A stretch of DNA of 64,000 bases from contig JBDRQD010000030.1 of the NCBI GenBank assembly GCA_043826455.1, forward strand, positions 61,182 to 125,181, written 5' to 3'. Position numbers and translations under genes: made by a program. This stretch comes from Candidatus Bathyarchaeota archaeon (lineage in GTDB: Archaea > Thermoproteota > Bathyarchaeia > TCS64). Positions within the stretch are counted from its first letter, which is position 1. Every line of letters starts with the position of its first letter. Shown here in pieces: positions 27,924 to 37,177 of this stretch. The notes under the pieces were generated by a model. The model made no database searches. It saw only the letters and a program-made list of their open reading frames with translations, and was not told the DNA's origin.

Positions 27924-28400
27924 ATGGAAAAGAAACATCTGGCGGCCATGTGCGCCCTGCTGGTAGCCTTCAGCGCGTTCATGGTCTTACCCCCCGTTTA
28001 TGCGGAAGGAGAAACAGACGACATGGAGTCGGTAACGAGACAAAACGGCGCCTGGAGACCGATAAACAGGCTAAGACTCCTCATCTACATCCTCAGGAAC
28101 GGAGAACCAGCGACAGTGACAGGCGACACAGTAGCCCTCGAGGGCCACATCCTGGTTATGAGCGTCACAGGCGACCTAGAGAACATCATCCTACCGGGTA
28201 AATGGGTGCTCGGCGGACAGATCATAGCCTTGCAGGAGCTCTACGATGAGTACATGTCAGGCGGCGAGATCACGGTCCACACACTAAAACTTGAGCTTGC
28301 TCAGGAGAGCAAGACTGTCACGGTCTACTTCGGCTACAAGATAGCGGCCGGCGGAGCCGTCGCCGAGGCAGTGCTCCCGTTCAACGTACAGGTACCTTAA
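27924..28400 (+). CDS. Exported hypothetical protein
   Basis: Signal peptide MEKKHLAAMCALL..VYA; GGTGA RBS. Confidence 0.7.
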   Translation: MEKKHLAAMCALLVAFSAFMVLPPVYAEGETDDMESVTRQNGAWRPINRLRLLIYILRNGEPATVTGDTVALEGHILVMSVTGDLENIILPGKWVLGGQIIALQELYDEYMSGGEITVHTLKLELAQESKTVTVYFGYKIAAGGAVAEAVLPFNVQVP

Positions 28401-28586
28401 AGCACGTACAATCTACTCTCCTCTTTTTTCTTATGCGCTAAAAAGTTACCTTATGTATATGCAATGTTGAGATACGCCGTGTGACCCATAAAATAACGTC
28501 ACATTTGTGTTTTCGACTGCAGAAAATATGAAACTTCAAACCATAATCAAATTATATAATTTTCATTCTATCCACAGACACAGATC

Positions 28587-30728
28587 ATGTACAAGCTTAG
28601 AGCAATGACGGTTTTCTTAGTCGTTATTCTAGCATACACCATTGTTCCGCCACACTCGGTGGCCGCCGCCGCGCCCGAGGCTACACTCGTGGGAGGGCGG
28701 ATAAGGCGAGACACCGTCTGGAGCCAGGAAAACAACCCCTACGTCTTGGAAGACGACCTCATCATCCCAGCCGGGGTCCGCCTAACCATAGAGGAAGGAG
28801 TCAAAGTCAACTTGACGCTGTGGTCGATCATCGTCGAGGGGGAGCTAAGAGCCGAAGGCGCCCCCGACAACAAGATATCGTTCCATATAACCATGCCGCC
28901 GCTTAAGGATAACAAGAAAGCGAGGATCTACTTCACCCCCGAGAGCCGCGCATACAGGGAAAACAACCAGGGGTGCATGATCGAGCACGCCCGCATAATC
29001 TGCGCGGACTACTCCATCAGTTACGGCGTGATCCATGCGAACCGGCTAAAACTCGACGACGTAGAAATAATCGGAGGATTATCCCACTGGAAAGAGTACG
29101 CCGTCAAGACCAACGGCACCATCACCAACTGCCTTTTCGATGGCCTGTACAGGGGTATCATGATGAAGGAAGGAACCATCGCCTACAACAGGTTCCTGAA
29201 CACGAGGTACGCCTCGGCAATCAACATAGGAAACGGGGAAGTTAAGAACAACCTCATCGATGGGGGGCGAGGCGGAATAAAAGTAAAGAACGCACTGGTC
29301 AAGGGGAACACCATAATTAACCAAGCAGGCTCAGGCATACACGTTAACAATTACGGCGCCCCATACGTCACTGGTAAACTATCTCCGATACTAACCCAAA
29401 ACACCATCATGAAATGTGAGAAGGCAGTAATATTGTCAGGTGAAATAAAGCCGATAATAGTGAACAACGTATTCACTGACAACATGTACGGAGTCTGCTT
29501 TGAGGTCGACGCCTTCTACAATGACGTCAAACCCAAGATAGAGTACAATGTATTCTATGGCAACGAGTACGATGTCTACAGCTACAAGGAAGACCCGAGA
29601 ATAGAGGTAAACTTGGATAACAACTGGTGGGGAACCACCGACCCCGCAGTGATTGATGAAAAAATATTTGACGTCAACGACAACCCGAGGCTCTGCTCAG
29701 TGATATACGCTCCCATCCTGAACGAGCCACCCAGATCATTACCCAAAGTATCATACCAGTTGACGGTAAACGAGCCCACCTCAATTGTTGAAATATTGAG
29801 CAGCGTAGATATAACTGGGAAGATCATCCCCCCCTTGACTGTGCTGAGCATACATGTCACATGTAATGGGCCTGATGGCGCAAGAGTAGAGAAGAAGGCG
29901 ATTACAGACTCCGACGGAGAGTTCTCACTCCAGTTCACCCCGACCTCGGTAGGCGTCTGGGGCTTCACTGTGGCTCCGGAGGAAAACGGGTTGGTCGAGG
30001 CAAACCTCGTGGAAGTACAGGTATACGTGACCAAGATAAAAAGTGAGATCGACCTCAGTTACTCCCCTAAAATCTGCTTTGAGGGCGCTGGGGTCACTGT
30101 CAACGGTTTACTAATACCAGGCATGTATAACGAGAAAGTAGAGGCCAGCTTCCTATGCCCTGATGGGTCAGAGAATAGAGAAACCGCCCTCACGGATAGT
30201 GGAGGCGCGTTCATGTACAAGCCTAATGACGCTCAGCCGGGTGTCTACACGGTCACGTTGACGTGGCCAGGAACCAGCGAGTACCAAGGCGTCACAGAAA
30301 CCCTCGTGTATAGAGTCCATTCTCCAAGCACGTTGAACATGGTAATAATGGATGAGTCAGGGTCACCAGTTCAAAACGCTGCAGTAGCATCTACGACCCA
30401 GCCCGAGGGCCAGATAAGCCTCTCAGGAGTAACAAATCCACAAGGCGCTTTAACCTTTGATAAGATACTGTCAGGCTCCTACACCTTCCAGGTGGAAAAG
30501 CAAAACTATGAGCCGAGCACAGTCTCATTAAATGTACCTGAAGGCGAATCAACGCACATCCAGTACGCCATAAAAAACAGAGCCGAGAACCCATCCACAG
30601 GCTCGCCTGCCTCAAGTGATGGCTCAGGCTCGGAGGGTGACCCCTGGTACATGGGGTTCGTACCCAGCGCCCTAACATTCGTTGTTCTCATAACTCTATA
30701 CGTCGTCTTGCATAGACTGAGGCGCTGA
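28587..30728 (+). CDS. Cell-surface protein: parallel beta-helix, Ig-like repeats, carboxypeptidase-regulatory-like domain, C-terminal TM
   Basis: Signal peptide; TVW...PY.L..D..I.AG.RLTIE.GV; N-rich beta-helix; NNWWGTTD; TDSDG.F repeats; TM anchor. Confidence 0.85.
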   Translation: MYKLRAMTVFLVVILAYTIVPPHSVAAAAPEATLVGGRIRRDTVWSQENNPYVLEDDLIIPAGVRLTIEEGVKVNLTLWSIIVEGELRAEGAPDNKISFHITMPPLKDNKKARIYFTPESRAYRENNQGCMIEHARIICADYSISYGVIHANRLKLDDVEIIGGLSHWKEYAVKTNGTITNCLFDGLYRGIMMKEGTIAYNRFLNTRYASAINIGNGEVKNNLIDGGRGGIKVKNALVKGNTIINQAGSGIHVNNYGAPYVTGKLSPILTQNTIMKCEKAVILSGEIKPIIVNNVFTDNMYGVCFEVDAFYNDVKPKIEYNVFYGNEYDVYSYKEDPRIEVNLDNNWWGTTDPAVIDEKIFDVNDNPRLCSVIYAPILNEPPRSLPKVSYQLTVNEPTSIVEILSSVDITGKIIPPLTVLSIHVTCNGPDGARVEKKAITDSDGEFSLQFTPTSVGVWGFTVAPEENGLVEANLVEVQVYVTKIKSEIDLSYSPKICFEGAGVTVNGLLIPGMYNEKVEASFLCPDGSENRETALTDSGGAFMYKPNDAQPGVYTVTLTWPGTSEYQGVTETLVYRVHSPSTLNMVIMDESGSPVQNAAVASTTQPEGQISLSGVTNPQGALTFDKILSGSYTFQVEKQNYEPSTVSLNVPEGESTHIQYAIKNRAENPSTGSPASSDGSGSEGDPWYMGFVPSALTFVVLITLYVVLHRLRR

Positions 30729-30806
30729 ATAACTACTGGTAGAGTAAGACTACATCCTCCTATGTTTCCCGGAAACCATTTAATGTCCTTCAGCCACACT
30801 TTAACC

Positions 30807-31067
30807 ATGTCCAAACCTTTAGTGAAAGTTGGTGAAATAAGCCACTACTACTCCAACATAGGTGTGGCCGTCGTCGAGCTGGCGGACACACTAAAAGTCG
30901 GAGACAGCATAACCGTGGCCGGCGCCACCACCGACTTCACCCAGGTGGTGAGATCCATGCAGATAGAGCATAAGCAGGTGGAGGAGGCCGGCGCCGGAGA
31001 CTCCATAGGGCTCAAGGTGCAGGATAGGGTCCGTAAAGGAGACGTCGTGTACAGGACAAAAATATAA
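30807..31067 (+). CDS. Stand-alone EF-Tu domain II-like beta-barrel protein
   Basis: VGEISHYY..IGVAVVEL..TLKVGD...F.Q.V.SMQIEH...A.AGD.IGLKV..RVR.GD.VY. Confidence 0.85.
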   Translation: MSKPLVKVGEISHYYSNIGVAVVELADTLKVGDSITVAGATTDFTQVVRSMQIEHKQVEEAGAGDSIGLKVQDRVRKGDVVYRTKI

Positions 31068-31128
31068 CCCTTCTTTTTCACTGAGAAATAATGTGATAAG
31101 CGTGGTAACCCACATTATCTTGAGGACC

Positions 31129-31575
31129 ATGGTTAAGGCATTAGTACTTTACCACTCTCAGCAGCACGGTAACACTGATAAGATGGCCAAGGCAGTGGCC
31201 GAGGGACTGGAAGCGGAGGGATGCAAGGTGACCCTCCACAACGCCAACACGAAAAGGTACCCCATCGAGGAGTATGCCGACTTCGACGCAGTGGCCTTCG
31301 GGACACCGGACTACTTCAGCTACATCGCTGGCACCCTGAAGACCTTCATGGACGACTGGTACATCAACAGGAACAAGCCAGGTTACGCAGGCAAACCCTA
31401 CGCCGTCTTCTACAGCCACGGAGGGGGTGGCAGGGTCAAAGACTCCCTGTCTCTCTTCAGCAGGGTGGGATCACAGGTCGGCAAGGCGGTGGAGTCGAGC
31501 GGAGCACCCAGCAAGTCGGTGCTGGACCAGTGCAGGGCGCTGGGGGCTGAGTTGGCGAAAACCGCTAACAAATAA
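31129..31575 (+). CDS. Flavodoxin/WrbA-like protein
   Basis: LYHSQQHGNT.KMA.AVAEG, GTPDYF, GKPYAVF.SHGGGG. Confidence 0.88.
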   Translation: MVKALVLYHSQQHGNTDKMAKAVAEGLEAEGCKVTLHNANTKRYPIEEYADFDAVAFGTPDYFSYIAGTLKTFMDDWYINRNKPGYAGKPYAVFYSHGGGGRVKDSLSLFSRVGSQVGKAVESSGAPSKSVLDQCRALGAELAKTANK

Positions 31576-31658
31576 ACCCTCTTTTTTCTGAGATATGATT
31601 TGTTATTCTATATCACTACACTCGAACCCTAATATCGAGTACTCCTGAAACAAGTGCA

Positions 31659-32570
31659 GTGATGAAGCCCCTCATCGTCGCATGTATCCCCGCGTATAAT
31701 GAGAGCAAGTCTATAGCGGACACAGTGAGCAAGGTATCAAAATACGTCGAGCATGTGATAGTGTGTGACGACGGCTCCAAGGACGGCACAGGAAAGATAG
31801 CCGAACAACATGGGGCTATAGTTATCTGGAACCCCACAAACCTAGGCAAGGGCGCAGCCCTCAGAAACTGCTTCAAGACAGCCAAGAAGATATCAGCTGA
31901 CGTCGTGGTCACACTGGACGCCGACGGCCAGCACAACCCGGACGATATCCCCAAACTGATGAGACCCATAATGAGGGGCGAGACAGACTTAGTGATAGGC
32001 TCACGGTACCTTGAGGGCTCAAGCATGGACCCCCCGCTGTACAGGCGCGTGGGGTTGACGGTCATCAACTCCCTCGGCCAGTCCGCCATGGTATCTGTAA
32101 AGGACACTCAGAGTGGGTTCAGGGCCTTCAACAAGAAGGCGCTGGAGCTCTTCGCGGACTCCGATGAGCCAGGTTTCGGCGTAGAGTCAGAGCAACTGGC
32201 AATAGCCCGCCGGTTTGAGCTGAGAGTACAGGAGGTGCCCACCACCATCAGGTATGCGGGACTTGAGAACACCTCCAAGAAGGACCCTGTGGCCCACGGC
32301 CTGGAGCTCGTCACCGTGGCCATCAAGCTACTCATCCACGATAGGCCTCTCATGATGATCGGTTTCCCAGGGGCTCTGTTCATCGCTTCGTCTATAGTGG
32401 CAGGCTATCTTTTAGTCAAGGAGTTCAACCTGTACGGCTACTTCAGTGTCCCCATGGCTCTGATCACCTTCACTTTTCTAACCCTGGGCACTCTTCTGAT
32501 ACTCAGCAGCCTAATATTCTACGCGATATTCCTGCTGAAACTGGAGTTAAAGAAACTAAAAATCGAGTAA
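31659..32570 (+). CDS. GT2 glycosyltransferase (polyprenol-phosphate glycosyltransferase-like) with C-terminal TMs
   Basis: IPAYNE, DDGSKD, GKGAA, DADGQH, GSR, DTQSGFRA. Confidence 0.93.
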   Translation: MMKPLIVACIPAYNESKSIADTVSKVSKYVEHVIVCDDGSKDGTGKIAEQHGAIVIWNPTNLGKGAALRNCFKTAKKISADVVVTLDADGQHNPDDIPKLMRPIMRGETDLVIGSRYLEGSSMDPPLYRRVGLTVINSLGQSAMVSVKDTQSGFRAFNKKALELFADSDEPGFGVESEQLAIARRFELRVQEVPTTIRYAGLENTSKKDPVAHGLELVTVAIKLLIHDRPLMMIGFPGALFIASSIVAGYLLVKEFNLYGYFSVPMALITFTFLTLGTLLILSSLIFYAIFLLKLELKKLKIE

Positions 32571-32702
32571 ACCCGTTTCAGCTACATTCTATAAAAATAG
32601 ATTATTTTTAGGGTGATATTCAGGCATATGGACACCTGTATTCTCTGTTCTTTAATTGTATTCCATATTTACACACAAGCTCTTTTCTCTTAATCATCTC
32701 GA

Positions 32703-33965
32703 TTGAAAGTCATGCCTTACCTTGACAGTGACGCAGTCTTCGATGGTCTTCAAAGGTGTATCCGGTGTCTTCTACCTGACAGTTTCCCCTACATACGGTT
32801 CGATGATTCAGGAGTGTGTAACTACTGTCACAGCGACACTCGGTCCGTGGAGAAGGGTGAGACGGCTTTCACCAGTTTGCTGGAATATTACCGAGGTAAG
32901 GGAAGAGAATACGACTGCATTGCACCCATCAGTGGAGGAAGAGACAGCGCCTACGTTTTACACCAGATGGTTACCAAGTATGACATGAGGACGCTGGCCC
33001 TCACTGTTGACAGCGGCTTCATCACCGACGAGGCTCTGAACAACATTGAAACCATCACCAGCAGCCTCGGCGTCGATCACGTTTGGATCAGAGAAGAAAA
33101 TCAGATACGGATAGCCAGGAAAAACACCGCGATAAAATTCCAAGGCTGGCTTAGGAACCCATCCATTCACAACGTTGTGCCCGTCCTTAACAGTGGAGAC
33201 AAGGTCATGAACCTCAGAATGTTCAGGTACGCTTCACAAAACGAAATACTGCTTCTACTAGGAGGCAACGTGGTTGGCACCAGCACCTACGAGCACGGTA
33301 ACTCGCGGACAGGATACCTGGGAGTGTTCCCCGACAACCACGGAGTCTACTCCTTCACCGACAAGATACGGCTAATACTATACTACGGCTGGGACTTTTT
33401 ATCCAACTCCTATAACTGGTACCCGAGTATCTTCACGGAGTACCTCACTGGAGCCGCCGTCTACTTCTTCGACCAGCTTCTCAAGCCGAGAGACGTAGAG
33501 ATGGTCGGATTCTACGACTACCTGCCGTGGAACGAGAAGCAGATAGTCAGCACCATCAAGAAAATCGGTTGGCGGGGCGCTGACGACACCACTACGACTT
33601 GGAGGATCGACGACTCAGCTTACTCGGTGATCAACTACCTGTACTTCTACCTGGCAGGGATCGATGAACACGTAGAGCTCTACAGCAAGATGATCCGGGC
33701 AGGACAGATAACACGAGACGAGGCGTATGCCCGGTGCAGAAGCGACTCGAATCCAAGGATTCCCAGCCTGGAGAAGGCCTGGAGGGGGCTTGGGGTCACC
33801 GAGGAGCAGGTCGATAAAGCTCTTAATAAGTATAGGGAGAAGATGATTAGACAATACCTGAAAGGAACGAGCTTCGAGAGATGCGTGTCCTCATACTCGC
33901 CCAGTACTTCCCCCCCGACCTTGGAGGCTCCTCAACCAGAGCCTACAACGTTGCACGGGGGCTAG
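32703..33965 (+). CDS. N-acetyl-sugar amidotransferase-like PP-loop ATPase (WbuX-like)
   Basis: RCIRCLLP..F...GVCNYC, YDC...SGGRDS, IR.G.ITRDEA. Confidence 0.8.
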   Translation: MKVMPYLDSDAVFDGLQRCIRCLLPDSFPYIRFDDSGVCNYCHSDTRSVEKGETAFTSLLEYYRGKGREYDCIAPISGGRDSAYVLHQMVTKYDMRTLALTVDSGFITDEALNNIETITSSLGVDHVWIREENQIRIARKNTAIKFQGWLRNPSIHNVVPVLNSGDKVMNLRMFRYASQNEILLLLGGNVVGTSTYEHGNSRTGYLGVFPDNHGVYSFTDKIRLILYYGWDFLSNSYNWYPSIFTEYLTGAAVYFFDQLLKPRDVEMVGFYDYLPWNEKQIVSTIKKIGWRGADDTTTTWRIDDSAYSVINYLYFYLAGIDEHVELYSKMIRAGQITRDEAYARCRSDSNPRIPSLEKAWRGLGVTEEQVDKALNKYREKMIRQYLKGTSFERCVSSYSPSTSPPTLEAPQPEPTTLHGG

Positions 33966-35167
33966 TGCTTAACGGCGTAAACACGACGGTGGTGACGTCA
34001 TACCCTCACTACCCGCACGGCGTCATATCTAGAGAATACGCTTGGAAACCTTATGCTGTTGAGCAGATGAACGGAGTCAAGGTAATCAGGACATTCATGA
34101 TACCCCTGGAGTCAAAGGGCCTAATGAGACGATTAGTCACGTTCATCGCCTTCATCATAAGCTCACTTCAGGGGCTCCTGCTCGTCAGAGACATCGATGC
34201 TGTGTTGGTGGCCAACCCAGACATCTTCGGAATAATACCTGGAATAGTCTATAAGCATGTTCACAGGTGCCCCATAATATTCAATGTCGATGACCTCTCC
34301 ATCGAGGACGTCGAAAACCTGAAGATGATGGAGGCACAATCCCTGCCCTTTAGGCTGGTTAAACGCGTCTCAAGCCTACTGTACAGGATGGTGGACGCTG
34401 TTACGCCGATAAGCCCAGGGTATCTTGAAGGCATACAACGGTTGGGAGTACGGAAGGGAAGGATATATCCCGTCCTGGGCGGGGTTGACCTCGACGTTTT
34501 CAAACCTCAACAAGGAACCATGTCCAGTGTCTTCACCGTCGCCTACAGTGGCTCCTTCTCGGTTGCCTACGACTTCGACCAGGTATTGGATGCCGCTGAG
34601 CTCCTCAGCGGAAAAAATAGCGTTGTCTTCATGATTCAGGGTAAAGGAGAGCTGGGAGAGGAACTTCAAAGGAAGGTATCGGCGAGACGCATTAGTAACG
34701 TCCAGTTAATCGATAAAATATTGACCCGCGACGAGGTCTCCGGCTTACTCGGCCAAGCTGACGCCCTGATCCTTCCCCTCAGAGACTTTGGCGCACCATA
34801 CAGGGGCATCTCATCCAAGATCTACGAGTACCAAGCTCTCGCTAAGCCCATTATTTGCTGCGCCAAGGGCCAGCCTGCCGACTACATTGAGGAGACCAGA
34901 TCAGGGATAGTCGTTACGCCGGGGGATAGTCGGGAGCTGGCCGATGCCGTGCTATTATTAAGTGAGGACGCCAACTTGGCCCGTTCTCTGGGGGAGTCGG
35001 GCCGTAAATACGTGGAGCAGAACGTAGCTCTGGATCGCATAGGATCGAGGATGAAGAGCGTCATAACTCATACCCTCAATGAGAAGCGAGGATACATTGA
35101 TCCGGGTTCAGGCGCTGAAAATAATCTAAAGAGCCGCGTAGATGCCCTCGATGAGGTGACAAGTTGA
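33881..35167 (+). CDS. GT4 glycosyltransferase (WbuB-like)
   Basis: QYFPPDLGG, PHYPHG, SKIYEY.A..KPII. Confidence 0.9.
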   Translation: MRVLILAQYFPPDLGGSSTRAYNVARGLVLNGVNTTVVTSYPHYPHGVISREYAWKPYAVEQMNGVKVIRTFMIPLESKGLMRRLVTFIAFIISSLQGLLLVRDIDAVLVANPDIFGIIPGIVYKHVHRCPIIFNVDDLSIEDVENLKMMEAQSLPFRLVKRVSSLLYRMVDAVTPISPGYLEGIQRLGVRKGRIYPVLGGVDLDVFKPQQGTMSSVFTVAYSGSFSVAYDFDQVLDAAELLSGKNSVVFMIQGKGELGEELQRKVSARRISNVQLIDKILTRDEVSGLLGQADALILPLRDFGAPYRGISSKIYEYQALAKPIICCAKGQPADYIEETRSGIVVTPGDSRELADAVLLLSEDANLARSLGESGRKYVEQNVALDRIGSRMKSVITHTLNEKRGYIDPGSGAENNLKSRVDALDEVTS

Positions 35168-36282
35168 AGGTCCTCCAAGTCTACGACAACCTGAGCCCAA
35201 ACACCTCAGAGGGCAGAAGAGTAATCACAGTGTCCAACGAGCTCACGCTTCGAGGCCACAGGGTCTCCATCCTCACAGCGGCTGAGCATGAAAACGATTT
35301 CACAGATGTACTCAGGGAAGGCGTCGAGGTAATCACCCACAAGCCCCTATTCAACGTGAGGAAGTTCGGGTTTTCCCCCTCGATCCACAGTATAATCTTA
35401 AAGGGGGACTATGACCTCATTCACGCTCACAGCTACCGGCACTACGGCACATTTGCCTCAGCGATACATAGTGCACGGTTCAAGACGCCCCTGGTTCTGA
35501 GTCCCTACGGAACCATATCCTACGCGTCATCCGAGAACTTCACAACAATGTACAGGCTGCAGGACATCCTCACCATGAAGCTGCCTCTCAGGCAGGCATC
35601 CAGGATCCTTGCCAACACCATGTACGAGAAGAACCAGATCATAGAGTACGGGGGAGACTCCTCCCGGATAGATGTCGTTTACCGCGAGGTGGACACAGAG
35701 CTCTTCAGGAAGGTGAAGAGCACCATGCTTGAACCTGGGACCATCATATACGTCGGAAGGGTCACGCCTCTGAAGGGGCTAGAGCTTCTAATAGACTCGA
35801 TGACACACATCAGCCCTGATTATAGCCTGGCCATTGTTGGGCCCATCGAAGACGAAAAATACCATGAGGCTCTTCGACACCAGGCTCAGACGCTTGGATT
35901 ATCTAATAGAGTTGGCTTCATCGGGCCTGTCGAGTACAGTGAGATACCTCTCTACCTCTCGTCAGCCGAAGCTCTCGTATTACCATCCTTGTACGAGAAC
36001 CTGGGCGGCGTCCTCTTGGAGGCGCAGGCGTGCGAGTGCCCTGTCGTGGCCACGGACGTCGGGGGCGTATCAGGGTCCATGGTCGAGGACGTAACCGGTT
36101 ACTTGATCAGGTGTAGAACACCAGAAAACTTGGCGGCCAAGATCAAGTTGCTCCTAGAGGATAAATCAAGAAAACAGTGGATGGGTGAACAGGGAAGAAA
36201 ATTCATCCAGAATAATTTCTCCATAGAAAAGTACATCGACAAAATCGCGGAATCCTACAGTTTAGCTATTTTAGATCGCTAA
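35164..36282 (+). CDS. GT4 glycosyltransferase
   Basis: DLIHAH, YVGRV...KG, LPSLYE..G..LLEA.AC..PVVATDVGG. Confidence 0.93.
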   Translation: MKVLQVYDNLSPNTSEGRRVITVSNELTLRGHRVSILTAAEHENDFTDVLREGVEVITHKPLFNVRKFGFSPSIHSIILKGDYDLIHAHSYRHYGTFASAIHSARFKTPLVLSPYGTISYASSENFTTMYRLQDILTMKLPLRQASRILANTMYEKNQIIEYGGDSSRIDVVYREVDTELFRKVKSTMLEPGTIIYVGRVTPLKGLELLIDSMTHISPDYSLAIVGPIEDEKYHEALRHQAQTLGLSNRVGFIGPVEYSEIPLYLSSAEALVLPSLYENLGGVLLEAQACECPVVATDVGGVSGSMVEDVTGYLIRCRTPENLAAKIKLLLEDKSRKQWMGEQGRKFIQNNFSIEKYIDKIAESYSLAILDR

Positions 36283-36325
36283 TATTTTATTTTAATGCCA
36301 CTGTAGGCCCGTTAATTCTAGTCGC

Positions 36326-36961
36326 CTAAATCTTTCTGAATAGGCCCACAATCTCATTTGAGCCATACAGCAATCCGATGATTAACCTGTTGACGCCGGG
36401 GGAGAACCTTATGACGTTTGGCCAGATATTGATCGACTCGCCTGTCACATGCTCTGGTTTAAAGTCTGCTCGCCTCGCCAGATTCGTAAGAGTCTGATAG
36501 TTGAAGCTATACAGGTGGCTGCCTATGTCTGGTAACTTGGCGTATGCGTTGGGGACCGCGACCAACATATGTCTCCCAGTCACCTTGTGGAATTCTCTTA
36601 AAGCAACGATAGGAGAGTCAAGGTGCTCCAAGACGTGTAGGCAGGTTATCAAGTCGTGTGAGTCGTTCTCGTAGGTTCGGGTTAACGTCTCGGCGCCCTC
36701 TACTTTCACGTTCAGACCGTTTTCCTGTCCCCACTTTACTAGGTTTTCGTCTATGTCGCAGCCGGATACTGTGTATCCTTTGCCCTGTAAGGTTTGTAGA
36801 AACTCGCCTCTGCCAAAACCAATGTCAAGGACGGTTTGAGTGTCTTCAGGTATGTAACTGAGGTAGTGTTGGTACTGTTTTGTTCTAATTGTGTTGTACT
36901 CTATGTGAATCGAATGAGTGTCGTTTTCCTCGTGTGTTGTGACTATTGTGTATCCTCTCAA
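36326..36961 (-). CDS. Class I SAM-dependent methyltransferase
   Basis: VLDIGFGRG, HVLEHL, VAVPN, HL.SF. Confidence 0.9.
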   Translation of the reverse strand: MRGYTIVTTHEENDTHSIHIEYNTIRTKQYQHYLSYIPEDTQTVLDIGFGRGEFLQTLQGKGYTVSGCDIDENLVKWGQENGLNVKVEGAETLTRTYENDSHDLITCLHVLEHLDSPIVALREFHKVTGRHMLVAVPNAYAKLPDIGSHLYSFNYQTLTNLARRADFKPEHVTGESINIWPNVIRFSPGVNRLIIGLLYGSNEIVGLFRKI

Positions 36962-37177
36962 ATATTGATGGCTGCTGATTTTAACTATATATTAATGCAT
37001 GTAGCCCATTCTACCCTATAATGTTACTTTTCTTTTTTAATGATCGATGCCGTGGTCAAGGCTGTACAGATTAAATGTCGCCAATCTCATGGTGAGTTTT
37101 AAAACTTGTCACGCTGATTATTTGTAGTAGCGGTCTATACAAATGCCATTATATTAACATACATTTACTAGAGTCTC